Assembly: GCA_030390025.1 (NCBI GenBank)
Contig: CM059433.1
Span: 15,874,001-15,938,000 of the forward strand
Reading direction: 5' to 3'
Length of the DNA stretch: 64,000 bases
From: Squalus acanthias
Lineage: Eukaryota
Below the pieces are notes generated by a model. It worked only from the letters and a program-made list of their open reading frames with translations. It ran no database searches and was not told the DNA's origin. Position numbers and translations under genes: made by a program. Positions within the stretch are counted from its first letter, which is position 1. Each line of letters opens with the position of its first letter. This document shows, in pieces, positions 47,165-60,273 of this stretch.

Positions 47165-47515
47165 ACACAGGCAGAAAAGAAGACGCCACAATTTCACAGA
47201 TTTCACCGACCTGCAAGTCGAAGGAGCAGCGCTCCGAAAGCGTGTGATTTCAAATAAAACTGTTGGACTATAACCTGGTGTTGTGCGACTTCTCACATTT
47301 GTCCACCCCAGTCCAACACCGGCATCTCCACATCAAGGAAATTGAGATCAGAAAAGACAAACTGCTGGGTGTCCGTGGCAACAAACCTCAATCCTATGTC
47401 AATCGTACCACCTGGAGGGAGGTGGCACTTGCACTGAGTGCCAATTCTCTCACCCCCCAGGACTACAGAACAGTTCCACAAGAAATTCAATGATCTAACC
47501 AGGGTAGGCAAGGTA
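47165..47515 (+). pseudogene. Second Harbinger Myb/SANT remnant, interrupted by a ~125-bp Penelope-type 3' fragment (about 47210-47335)
   Basis: KEIEIRKDKLLG..TWREVALALSANSLTP, then a frameshift into RTTEQFHKKFNDLTRVGK. Confidence 0.55.
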
Positions 47516-47594
47516 ACACACTGACAACTTTCCCTTTTATGCCTTGGGTACCCTGGGCTTCAGCATATTCTTCACCCTGTAAAAATAACAGCTG

Positions 47595-50500
47595 GAAACA
47601 TAGAAACATAAAAGATAGGAGCAGGAGTAGGCCATTCGGCCCCTCGAGCCTGCTCCGCCATTCGATGAGATCATGGCTGATCATCCAAACTCTGTACCCT
47701 GTACCTGCCTTCTCCCCATTTCCCTTGATACCTTTAGCTTTAAGAAATATATCTAACACATTCTTGAATATATTTAATGACTTGGCCTCAACTACCTTCT
47801 GTGGTAGAGAAATCCACAGGTTCACCACTCTCTGGGTGAAGAAATTCTTCCTCATTTCTGTCCTAAATGGCTTACCCCTTATCCTTAGATTATGACCCCT
47901 GGTTCTGGACTCTCCGACCATCGGGAACATTCTTCCTGCATCGAGTTTGTCCAGACCTGTCAGAATTTTATATGTTTCGATGAGATCCCCTCTCATTCTT
48001 CTATACTCCAGTGAGTATAAGCCTAATCGACAGAATCTCTCCTCATATGTCATTCCTGCCATCCCAGGTATCAGCCTTGTGAATCTTCGCTGAACTCCTT
48101 CCATGGCAAGAACATCCTTCCTCAGATAAGGCGACCAAAACTGCACACAGTACTCAAGGTGTGGTCTCACCAAGGCCCTGTACAACTGCAGCAGGACATC
48201 CCTGTTCCTATACTCAAACCCTTTCGCTATGAAGGCCAACATACCATTTGCCTTCTTCACCACCTGCTGCACCTGCATGCTTACCTTCAGCGACTGGTGC
48301 ACAAGGACACCCAGGTCTCGTTGCACTTCCCCTTCTCCCAATCTATTGCCATTCAGATAATAGTCTGCCTTTCTGTTTTTGACACCAAAGTGGATAACCT
48401 CGCATTTATCCATGTTATATTGCATCTGCCACGCTTCTGCCCACTCACCCAACCTGTCCAAATCATCCTGGAGTTTCTCAGTATCCTCCTCGGTACACAC
48501 GCCCACCCAGCTTTGTGTCATCTGCAAACTTGGAGATATTACATTTAGTTCCCTTATCCAGATCATTAATGTATATTGTGAATAGCTGGGGTCCAAGGAC
48601 CGAACCCTGCGGTACCCCACTAGTCACTGCCTGCCACTCGGAAAAAGACCCATTAATTCCTACTTTCTGCTTTCTGTCCGCCAACCAGTTCTCTATCCAA
48701 GTCTATACCTTGCCCCCAATCCCATGTGCCTTAACTTTACACGCTAATCTCTTATGCGGGACCTTATCGAAAGCCTTTTGAAAGTCCAAATACACCACAT
48801 CTACTGGTTCTCCCTTATCTATTTTCCCAGTTACATCCTCAAAAAATTCCAGTAGATTAGTCAAGCACGATTTACCTTTTGTAAATCCATGTTGACTTTG
48901 TCCGATCCTTTCACTGTTTTTCAAATGCTCAGCTATTACATCCTTTATAATGGACTCTAGCATTTTCCCCAATACCGATGTCAGGCTTACCGGTCTGTAA
49001 TTCCCCGCTTTCTCTCTACCACCCTTTTTGAATAGTGGGGTAACAGTAGCTACCCTCCAATCCATGGGTACAGTTCCAGATTCCATCGAATGTTGGAAGA
49101 TGACCAGCAATGCATCTACTATTTCTAGGGCCACTTCCTTAAGTACCCTAAGATGTAGATTATCAGGCCCTGGGGATTTATCGGCCTTCAATCCCGTCAA
49201 TTTCCCTAACACCATTTCCCTGCAAATACTGATTTCTTTCAGTTCCTCCCTTTCATCAGACCCTATGTACTCCAACATCTCTGGGAGGTTATTTGTGTCC
49301 TCCTTTGTGAAGACAGAACCAAAATATGCATTTAATTGGTCTGCCATTTCTTTGTTCCCCATTATAACTTCCCCCGCTTCTGACTGCAAGGGACCTACAC
49401 TTGATTTCACTAATCTTTTTCTCTTCACATATCTATAAAAGCTCTTACAGTCAGTTTTTATGTTCCCTGCAAGCTTACTTTCATATTCTATTTTCGCCTT
49501 CTTAATTAATCCCTTTGTCCTCCTTTGTTGAATCCTAAACTGCTCCCAATCCTCAGGGTTACTGCTTTTTCTGGCCAATTTATATGCCCTCTCCTTGGAT
49601 CTTATGCTATCCCTAATTTCCCTTGTTAGCCATGGTTGAGTCACCCTTTTTGTTTTATTCTTATGCCACACTGGGATGAACAAATTCTGTAGTTCATCCA
49701 TGCAGTCTTTGAATGTTTGCCATTGCCTATCCACCGTCAACCCTTTGAGTGACATTCCCCAATCAATCCTACCCAATTCGTGCCTCATACCATCGTAGTT
49801 TCCTTTATTTAAATTCAGGACCCTAGTCTCTGATTCAACTACTTCACTCTCCATCCTAATGAAGAATTCTATCATATTATGATCACTCTGACCCAAGGGG
49901 CCTCGTACAACAAGATTGCTAATTAATCCTTTCTCATTACATAATACCCAGTCTAAGATGGCCTGATCTTTGGTTGGTTCCTCGACATATTGTTCCAGAA
50001 AACCATCCCGTAAACATTCTAGGAATTCCTCCTCCACAGTATTTTTACCAAAATGTTCTGTAGCCGCTCCGAGACATCCTTGACCCTTGCACCAGGGCGG
50101 CAACACACCATCCTGGAGTCTCGTTTGCGGCCGCAGAAACGCCTATCTATTCCCCTTACAATTGAGTCCCATATCACTATAGCTCTTCCACACTTTTTCC
50201 TCCCAGCCTGTGCAGCAGAGCCACCCATGGTGCCAGGAAGTTGGCTGCTGCTGCCTTCCCCTGATAAGTCATCCCCGCCAACAGTATCCAAAGTGGTATA
50301 TCTGTTTGAGAGGGGGATGGCCACAGGGGACCCTTGCACTACCTGCCTGCAGCTCTTACTCTGCCTGGTGGTCACCCATTCACTTCCTGCCTGTACACCC
50401 TTTGCCTGCGGTGTGACGAACTCGCTAAACGTGCTAACCACGATGTTCTCAGCATCGCGAATGCTCCAATATGCATCCATCCGCAGCTCCAGCGCCGCAA

Positions 50501-51285
50501 TGCGGTCTGTCAGTAGCTGCAGCTGGATACACTTCCCACACACATGGTCGTCAGGGACACAGGAAGTGTCCCTGATTTCCCACATATAGCAGGAGGAGCA
50601 TATCATGGGGCGGAGCTCTCCTGCCATGACTTATCCTTTAATTAATTAATTTAAATTAAATTAAATGAATCCCACCAATTTCACTTCAATTAAATGATAT
50701 ACTCAAGGGCCCTTTCCTGACACTGGCCTCTGTAAAAAGCCCATGAAAGTGAGTTTAACTACTCACTGTGCTGCTGCTCTCTCCACTCCCGACACTGGCC
50801 TCTGTAAAAAAGCCCATGAAAGTGAGTTTAACTACTCACTGTGCTGCTGCTCTCTCCACTCCCGACACTGGCCTCTGTAAAAAAGCCCATGAAAGTGAGT
50901 TTAACTACTCACTGTGCTGCTGCTCTCTCCACTCCCGACACTGGCCTCTGTAAAAAAGCCCATGAAAGTGAGTTTAACTACTCACAGTGCTGCTGCTCTC
51001 TCCGCTCCCGACACTGGCCCCTGTAAAAAAGCCCACGAAATAAACTTAAAAACTTAACAAAAACACTCACCTGCAACTCACCAATGAGCGCTCTCCCTCT
51101 AGTAATGGGCTATGAACTACTCAGCAGAAATACACTTAAAACTGAACAAAAAACTTAACAGAAAATACCCACCAGCTACTCACCAATCAGCCCTCTGACC
51201 ACCTCACTTCTGAATTCTGACGTCACTCCTGTGCTGAGTTCCTCTCGCTGACTCTGTGCCTCTCGCAGGTCCGCCGCTCAGATCC
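47595..51285 (-). mobile_element. CR1 LINE with 5'UTR, partial ORF1, internal deletion, ORF2 and tail
   Basis: ORF1 50019-50627 (CSSC..HVCGKC zinc finger; AIVIWDSIVRGID, VCCRPGARVKDV esterase start). ORF2 pieces at 48703-50106, 48478-48684 and 47487-48620. Confidence 0.92.
50719..51040. repeat. 73-bp tandem repeat (about 4.4 units) in the CR1 5'UTR
   Basis: Unit GACACTGGCCTCTGTAAAAAAGCCCATGAAAGTGAGTTTAACTACTCACTGTGCTGCTGCTCTCTCCACTCCC. Confidence 0.9.
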
Positions 51286-52115
51286 AAACTAACACTTCAC
51301 AATGCATCCGGTTAAGAGAGGGCACTATAGTTAACGTATAGTTACCCATCTCCCCTAAACAGCAATTACTTGTTTGCAGAAGTCTAAAACCCCATCCTCT
51401 ACTTTAACAGGCTGATACCACCAAAGCCCTTAGTTCAGTTCTCCCATGCCACTTGACACACACTCCCCAACTGTTAACTTTCTCCTAATTAACTTCATGT
51501 TGCATTTTGGTGGCGAGCAGCAGACAGAAAATTCCGATGTCAACAGCCAGGGAACAACAACACCCCCTCCACCGCCCACCCCCCACCCCCCCCCAGCCCG
51601 CAGCTGTATACCTGTTTCCTCCCGATGTTCATGGTGAAAGGCCGAGCCTGGGGGATGGCCTGCACATAGACTGCCCAAACCGTACAAATAGCTCGAGGCA
51701 TGAAAAACACGGACAGCTGCTTCTTCATAGGAACAGGGAAAAGCTATCCAATAGATTCAATGAGCAAGTGTCAGTTTGCTAGGTATTTGAAGCCATGTGT
51801 TGCACTTTCTTCTTGAAGTTAGCAATTTTTTTGCTGCTGTTACTGCTCCTGAATACAGCCAAAGAAGCTTAAAATATCTCATAAGGAGCTCCGAGTCCTC
51901 ATTTATTTATTTGATCTATATCTATTCAGAGTAAGCCATATTATATTGTGCAAGCTAGTTTACAACAGAAGAAACATTGCAAGACCAATATCCTTATGGA
52001 GCGCTATTGACATGCTACAAACATGACTATGCATTAAATATGAACAATATCATCAAATAAGGATTGGTGTACTCAATTGGGTGAAAATAAACTATAGATC
52101 TATCGGGACAATCTT

Positions 52116-53263
52116 TGTGAAGGAATAAGCAACATACCTATTCAGAAAAATACACCATCCTATGAAAGAATTCTGACTTTATTAAAACATGACAAACTAG
52201 GTTTGAAAATCTAGAAGCCTCAACAATGGAAAAGCTGTAAAAAGCATACAGGCTATTGATGATAAGATAAGTTGTTGACACTGAAACAATAGCCTTGTTG
52301 AAACAGAAGGTTAAAGGTTGCTGATGTCTGAGTCTTTGGAAAGAACACAATGGTAAGGTGTTTTAAAGTACACTTTGTAAACAAACACAGAAAATTAAGA
52401 AACATATGCCTTCGTAAGAATGGCATCAAGTTGGGGAGACACCAGCCGTCACATTGTTTTTGTGTTAAGCTTGAGACACCTACACAGGAGACATAATTCT
52501 TTATGCTACAAGCTGATCTAACTGTAAAAATAGCAGGGGTCAGCAGAAAAATGACTAGAGATAATTAGCTTACATCAGCAGAAAACTTCAAAGGATATAC
52601 CACTGCAAAAAGGATATAAAAATTGAACTTTCAAATGGGAAGACAGATTCGCTGTAAAGGGGCAAAGTGATTCTCAGGCTTCAGAGGCAAGCTCTGTAAG
52701 TCTACAACTCTTTGTACCTCGGGGATCAAGGTATTATACTGTATTTGATTTTGGTGGATATCCTGGAATAAGACTAAGAAATGTAAAAAAGTAACGAAGT
52801 TAAGATTTGAGAATAAGGATCTCTGATAATAAGATTGTAAAAGATTTCTGTATTTGGAACTGTTAATGTTGCGATTGATTCACCAACTGTAAATTACACG
52901 TCGGTTCTTTAATAAATCTATATATTTTTAGAATTGTCTCACATAAGACTTCTGTATCAAACTCACAAACTCAATCTCTGCACGCTCTTTGGTGAGGAGT
53001 TGCAGAATTCTGGGGGAGTTTTCCAGACCCTCATACTATCCGAAACATTACAGTCTAGCTAAACTTTTTAAAAGTGCAATCTGGAGGACGGTAACATCTT
53101 CAGGTTGTTCCTTTCCTTTAGGGGGAGATAGTCTGGACCTTTAGACCCAATTAAGCGTCTTTAGGATTCGGCTACCTCTAACTTTAGTTGAAGGTGAACG
53201 TCTGGGGAATACGCCTGATCCGGGGTAGCCCTAAAGGGGCTAGGACTAGTAGTTATCCCTTCA
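52116..53263 (+). mobile_element. Solo LTR, family B copy 2 (1148 bp)
   Basis: TGTGAAGGAAT...ATCCCTTCA termini, TCTT TSD (52112-52115/53264-53267), homologous to 32316-33724. Confidence 0.82.
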
Positions 53264-53709
53264 TCTTCACTGGCCCCACTGAGTGGAACCAGGGCGGTTG
53301 CACTCTGAAAATGGCAGCACTGAACTTACCGCCCTGTTCCCGCTCCCAATACGCCCGTGGCAATTTCCATATTCCTGGAATATTCCTGCAAATGGGTGGC
53401 CAGAGCATCCGCCTATATCAGGCAGGCGCCTCATTAAGGTCTACAGATCGGGGTCCTACCATGTGCATAGGACCTCAGTGCAATTCAGGTACCAGCGGGC
53501 AGAGAGTGTGCCACGCACACTCTGCCCAATGGTACATGGCGTAGAGTGGTCTAACCAAAAGAACAGCTGCAGGCCGCTACACTAAAATGGCAGAATTAGT
53601 TCCTTCCGCAGGTAAATCAAGGGGACTAATCGCGGAGACCAGACAAAGTTGGGGTGCCCTGAAGCAAAAAGGTGGCACACCAGGCTAGATCATCACAGGC
53701 CACTGGAAG

Positions 53710-54236
53710 AGTTCTTGCCATGGAGGGAGTGCAGCGAAGATTCACCAGGCTGATACCTGGGATGGCAGGAATGATGTATGAGGAGAGATTGGGTCGATTG
53801 GGCTTATACTCGCTAGAGTTTCGAAGAATGAGAGGGGATCTCATTGAAACTTATAAAATTCTAACAGGACTAGACAGACTAGATGATGCAGGAAGGATGT
53901 TCCCGATGGCCGGGGAGTCCAGAACTAGGGGTCACAGTCTAAGGATAAGGGGTAAGCCATTTAGGACTGAGATGAGGAGAAATTTATTTACCCAGAGAGT
54001 GGTGAACCTGTGGAATTCTCTACCACAGAAGGCAGTAGAGGCCAATTCATTAAATATATTCAAGAAGGAGTTAGACATATTTCTTAAAGCTAAAGGGATC
54101 AAGCGATATGGAGAGAAAGCAGGGACAGGGTACTGAATTTGGATGATCAGCCATGATCGCATTGAATGGCGGAGCAGGCTCAAGGGGCTGAATGGCCTAC
54201 TCCTGCTCCTATCTTCTATGTTTCTATGTTTCTATA
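53710..54236 (+). mobile_element. CR1 LINE 3' fragment
   Basis: VLAMEGVQRRFTRLIPG..GEKAGTGY and a (TTTCTATG)n tail. Confidence 0.9.
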
Positions 54237-55334
54237 TTAAGAGGGCAAAAAGTTTTTCACCCAGCACCAGTGACAAGAAAGAATCATTTTAGATTCAACA
54301 AAACAGTTAAATATCCTTTTTATGGTTTGGCATCCTTGTCTGGCAAATGTCTTCCTTGTACGTTCAATTGATGTCACCCAAGAGATTCAGGGGTAAATTG
54401 TGGGTGGAGGGAGAGATTGATGATTTTCCACCTAAATGCCATGTCAACATTAATGAAAGAATAAAATCAATGTGGTATAATACGGTACTTGCACATTGAG
54501 GGTGAATAACAGAACTGTGAAACCCCCTGTCGCACTTCTCTACAAAGTAGCAATTTGTAGATTAATACAATTTAGTTAACAGCAGAGAAATATAAATTTA
54601 TATGAGGCAAGCATCCAGTGGAATATTTAGAGCAACATTTAACAAAGTCTTTCCAACTGACTATAATTTCTATAATTCTCTAGCTCTTGAAAAAAAAACC
54701 TGTTAGGGTTGGATTCTCCTCCCTTTGGGGTAGAGCTGGACTTCCACCTGACGGCAAGACTCCCCCCGCCAACCCGTTTAAGTTTCCTTAGAAAAGCCTC
54801 ATTAATTATGCGATACATGACGGCAGTGTAAAACTGCTGATCATTGGTTTACCACCACTGAGAGAAAGGGAAGTTGAGTTGTACTGCAGTTAAAATGCTG
54901 CAGCTGATTAAAGGGCCGCACATTTAAGGGGCCAAAAGGAACATTGACAGGATTTAGGGGGTGGGGGGGGCGGGGTTAGGGTCCTTGGACAACTCCCCTA
55001 TAATGGAAGGAAGGTGGTGGGAGTTTCCGTGAGCATGCAGGCGAACGCACCACAAGCACTCACATCGGTGCTTGCGCACACCTACCCACGCTAATAAGGT
55101 GCCTTCCCACTGACCCCACGAACTCTGGTGGAAGGTGCCATTGGAATCATGACCCGAGGATTTAGCTTTCATTTTCTTCAAAGGAGTTTAAAGCTGCTAT
55201 TAAGAGAATTGGAAATAGGTTTTCCGACCTTTCAAGGTTTGGACCAATCAGTTCTGTTTTTGAGTGGAAATTTGTAAACTATGTACCAAAAATCTAATTT
55301 AAAAAAAATAAATGTTAATCTTTCCACTTAATTA

Positions 55335-55790
55335 TTTGTCCTGTTCACCCATCATCCCTGTGCTCGCTGACCTACATTGGCTCCAAGTCCAGCAACAGCT
55401 CGATCTTTAAATTCTCAGCTATGTTTTCAAATCCCTCCATGGCCTCGCCCCTCCCTATCTCTGTAACCTCTTCCAGTCCTACAGCCCTCCGAGTACCTTG
55501 CGCTCCTTCAATTCTGACTTCTTGCGCATCCCTGATTTTCTTTGCCTCACCTAGGCCCTAAGCTCTGGAAATCCCTCCCTAAACCTCTCCTCCCCTCAAC
55601 TTCTCTCTCTTCCTTTAAGACGCTCCTTAAAACCTACCTCTTTGACCAAGCTTTTGGTCACCTGTCCTAATATCTCCTTATGTGGCTTGGTGTCAAATTT
55701 TGTTTGATAACGCTCCTGTGAAGCACCTTGGGACATTTTACTACTTTAAAGGCGCTGTACAAATGCAAGATGTTGTTGTTTGTTATTGTC
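55335..55790 (+). mobile_element. L2-like LINE 3' fragment
   Basis: Homologous to the reverse complement of 44075-44560, with a (GTT)n tail. Confidence 0.8.
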
Positions 55791-57394
55791 TCTGATGTAT
55801 AGAAATTAGATGTAGAACAATGAATTTTCATCATCAGCAGAGCAAACCTCAAAACTCCTCAATCCCATCCCTAGTCTGACTCCTCTGATGCTTCAGCAAC
55901 TTATATTGATGTCATGAGGAGATTCCCTTTGAATGGAACTCTGCACAGCCTGGGGCTGTTTTTTTACTTTGAAATGTAATGATGTGGAGAAATCCTCCAT
56001 CCCTAGTTACTGTGGAGGCTGTTTCCACCCACGGTTAAGTCTATATAGACTCATTAAAAAGAAAGCTGAAAAGATCAACCAAAAAACCTAAATCTGATCA
56101 TTAACTCGAGCTTTCACTTAAGGGATGTACAAACTATGAAAGAAGGTCAAGTGAAACATTGATTTGCAAAGGAACCCTGCGATCCAAGGTTCAAATGAAT
56201 ATTAGTAACAGTTCAAAAATATAATCTCACCGAACATACTGTGGCTGTTTATTGATTTAATACCACTGTTAATTATTGAGACATTCCTTAAAAATCAGTA
56301 AGCTTCCTAATTTTTCCACCTGAATACCAGTTAAGCAGTTTAACCCGTAGACTGGCAATTAGTTCAGTGGGATTTTGTATTCCCTAATCTGCCCAATTTT
56401 CTGTTGATCATATACTGCGACACTGAATACTAGCAATAACAGTGCTACTGAGATGTTGGGGGTATCTTTACATTTGTAATATCAAAGTAGTACTAATAAA
56501 ATATGCACTTTAAAAATTCTGCATTAGAACCTGTTCACCCAGGTTTCCTGTCCACATCGGAGCCCCCCCACCGCAGCCCCTAACCCGCCTTCCCCATGAA
56601 AATCCAGCCCCTGGTCTCTGACTCCACATTCCCTGATCTTTGTCATGAACCTCTTAAGTGAAATCTTATCGAAGGCCACCAGAGTTTTAAATGTATCTCA
56701 TGGCTGTGACTTCTGGTTGATTAAAAGGCTGAGATTTGACTTGGTCACATCAGTAAAGGTACAAAGTTATGGGCCAGCATTAGGTATACAAACACTTGAC
56801 AAGATAACTTGTTGGCAGGTCAGTGAGTTGGCGGCACTAGAATTAGCGATCTCAGTGATGGTAATGCAAGAGCTAAACCTCTTGGCTCTTGTTACCTATA
56901 TATTTCAAATATTTACATTGTGTTTTACTTTTACTAAAACTGCCTGGCACATCTCTCAATTTTTTAACAGTCAATGTAGAGCACAGTGAACGCTGTTCAT
57001 CTTTTACAATGTGCAACAACTCAAATTCAATGTGAAGTCAATAAAACTGTATTTATTCGAGTTCATTGTCAAACAATGGCAGAAAGAATGCTTTTTTTTA
57101 AAGCTCGCTAGTTAATCGCTAGTATACACGGAGTGAAGACCGATTGCAATTTAGATCAAGCAGAGTTAGAGGGCAGGGGGATAATTGGACCAGGTGAGGA
57201 AGGCAGAGAGGAGAGGAGGCAGATGGGAGGAGGAGGTGGGGAAAAGAATTGGCGAAGAAGAGGAGCAAGGGGATGGGTGAAAAGGATGGAAGAGAAGGAG
57301 AGTGTGGGAAGGTGATGGGGGCACAGTGAATGGGGAGGGAAGTGGGAGAGGGAGTGGGGGTGAAGGAGGACGTGGAGAATGGCGGAAAGAAAGA

Positions 57395-57845
57395 AAGACT
57401 TGCATTTCTATAGCGCCTTTCATGACCACCGGACATCTCAAAGCGCTTTACAGCCAATTAAGTAAATTTTTTGAAGTGGAGTCACTGTTGTAATGTGGGA
57501 AACGAGGCAGCCAATTTGCACACAGCAAGCTCCCACAAACAGCAATGTGATAACGACCAGATAATCAGTTTTTGTTATGTTGGTTGAGGGATAAATATTG
57601 GCCAGGACACCGGGATAACTCTCCTGCTCTTCTTCGAAATAGTGCCCATGGGATCTTCTACGTCCACCTGAGAGAGCAGACGGGGCCTCGGTTTCACATC
57701 TCATCTGAAAGACGGCACCTCCGACAGTGCAGCACTCCCTCAGCACTGCACTGGAGGGTCAGCCTAGCTTTATGTCCTCAAGTCCCTGGACTGGGACTTG
57801 AACCCACAACCTTCTGACTCAGAGGCAAGTGTGTTACCAACTGAT
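57395..57845 (-). mobile_element. tRNA-headed Deu-type SINE (SacSINE1-like)
   Basis: Minus-strand head TCAGTTGGTAACAC..GGGTTCAAGTCCC, central GGAGGTGCCGTCTTTCAGATGAGATG and L2-like tail GGCGCTATAGAAATGCAAGTC. Confidence 0.75.
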
Positions 57846-58423
57846 CAGAGGGGGATTTGAATGGGAAGAGCCAAGCAGGGGTCACTTTGTTACTTAATTA
57901 GAGGGAGGGATTTAAAATACCCATTTTGTTGTGCAATGGAGGAGGGGAAGGACTGTTTTGCTGCTCAGTAGGAGTGGGAAATTTGAGGCAAGAGAAAATG
58001 ATAAATGATAAGAAGAAGCATTTTGGTGCTCAGTTGGTGGGAAATTTCAAGGCTGGCTTCGCTACTCAGTGATGCTGCTCCATATGATGGCGAGAGTTGC
58101 TACTAATTGGATCCATTTTTCTGCTCAGGCAGAACGTGGGGACATTGATTTTGGTGCACGGTTGGGAGTGAAGTTTAAACATGTCATAACTTCTGCAAGT
58201 CAACTGGGTTTGCTACCAGGGGGAGACTTAAATACAATGGTTTAAGGACATTGGAATTTGCTTAGCTAGCAGGGTGATCTGATGAGGGTGCCGTCGTTGG
58301 TCATGCATGGAGATGGGCACGTTGGCTTTTTCAAATGAAGTCAGACAAAGGACTGAGTGCACTTGAATTCTCAAAAAAATGTGATGCATGGGGGCAATGA
58401 ACAACATCCATTTGGGAGTCAAT

Positions 58424-59316
58424 GGGGTAAAAATTCACTTGGTTGCGCCTCCCATTAGCGCCTTAAGAGGGCGCTAATGGGGCGCAAAGCTGCTAACGCC
58501 CGGGCGCAGCGATGGTTGCGCCGCTCGAGAACTTAACTTGAGATTGTGCGGCGGCGCTAAAACTTACCGCTGCGACCACCTGCGCGCGCAGATTGTGACG
58601 TCATTCCATGGTGCAACGCCCTTGTGGCGCCCCGTAGCGGAAATTGAGTGGCGCCCCCTGCCTTACCGCCTGGCGCTTCCAACGACCAGAAGACTGGAAC
58701 GCTATCAATCGCTGTGGGGCTGGGGGGGGCGCTATTTAAAGGGGGCCTCTTCCTGTCTTTTATTGTTGGTGGCATTTTTGAACTACGCATTCTGAGAGAG
58801 AGAGGGAGAGACTTCTGGAGAGATTCAACGTTGTGTGAAGGAGTTTTGGGTACTGAGCAGCACTTTGCAGGTTCATTTTGATTTGCCATTCCTTGTATCG
58901 ATTTAGCAGAGACTGTGGGAGCTGCACTCTGAGCTCTTTGCCTGGTACTCTCCATTGTTCTTTCCAGCACATTTGATGTGCAAGTCTCTCCAGGCCGAGA
59001 TTTAAGGCTGCAATGAACAGGATGTGGATGGAAAGCAAGATTAACCATCCCCTTTAAGAACTGGCCCGTGCCATTGTGTGTGTGTTCCATTGCTGACTGA
59101 CATTACATGAGCTTCGCCAGCGCTCTGAGGTAGCGCCTCACTGCTCGGCCTTTGCGCCTTAAGAGAGGTGTGCAGCGCCTGCTTTAGCGCTCCACTCACC
59201 TCCCGGGGCGGTAAAAGTGACGTTTCCTGTCAGTGCCGATAATTAGCGCCAGGCGCTAATATTTGCGTCCGGACGATATTTGCGCCCCAAATGGGGCGCG
59301 ACCTAATTTCTACCCC
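58424..59316 (-). mobile_element. Harbinger-type MITE, inverted homologue of 18532-19427
   Basis: TIRs GGGGTAAAAATT / AATTTCTACCCC and AAT TSD (58421-58423/59317-59319). Confidence 0.75.
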
Positions 59317-59730
59317 AATGGATCTGGCTGCTCAACACAACAGCCATCAACTGTGATGACTTATGACGCAACCTGATTTGAGCCCCACGTACTTAATGGG
59401 TTACATTATGTGACCTTCACAATGCCACTGACAATTGCAACCAGTCATCATTTTTACTAATATATAGATAAATAATCAAATAAGGATTAACTCTGAAACT
59501 ATCATTTGAAGTTATCATTTAGATGTTTTTTTTAATATAAGCTCATGGAGATGAAGTGAAGATTAAATGATAAGGAGTGGTTGGAGAAGACAGTAAAATT
59601 CACACTAGGAATTAAGAGCATACCATGACATGAGTAACACTTACGAGGCAGGTTACTAACCATTCCTAATTACTGTTGTTTAAGTCAACAGTAAAACTTT
59701 ACTAAATCAAAATGTTTAATTCTACTAGTC

Positions 59731-60134
59731 GAAACATAGAAACATAGAAAAATAGGAGCAGGAGTAGGCCATTCAGCTCTTCGAACCTGCTCCAGCATTC
59801 AATATGATCATGGCTGATCCTTTATCTCAATACCATATTCCCACTCTCTCCCCATACCCCTTGATGCCTTTTGTGTCTAGAAATCTATCTATCTCCTTCT
59901 TAAATATATTCAGTGACTTGGTCTCCACAGCCTTTTGTGGTAGAGAATTCCACAGGTTCAGCACCCTCTGAGTGAAGAAATTTCTCCTCATCTCAGTCCT
60001 AAATGTCCTACCCCGTATCCTGAGACTGTGACCCCTCGTTCTAGACCCCCCACCCCAGCCAGGGGAAACATCCTCCCTGCATCCAGTCTGTCTAGCCCTG
60101 TCAGAATTTTACACGTTTCAATGAGATCCCCTCT
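59731..60134 (-). mobile_element. CR1 LINE 3' fragment
   Basis: RGDLIETCKILTGLDRLDAGRMFP and a (GAAACATA)n tail. Confidence 0.85.
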
Positions 60135-60273
60135 GTAATTCATGGTAGTGGGAATAGCCAAATGAAAACTATGGCTCCACAATACCTGATTTAAAAAAAA
60201 TATATATAACAGCACCTGTGCCAACATGCTGCATGCGCACATACATGCAAACACTAAGTTGGTACGGATACAG

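Noticed and set aside
50719..51040. Repeated 61-aa ORFs (50768, 50841)
   Set aside because: They are a by-product of the 73-bp tandem repeat in the CR1 5'UTR.
57160..57400. Purine/G-rich tract and its overlapping Pro- or Gly-rich ORFs
   Set aside because: It is low-complexity sequence beside a SINE tail, with no coding evidence.
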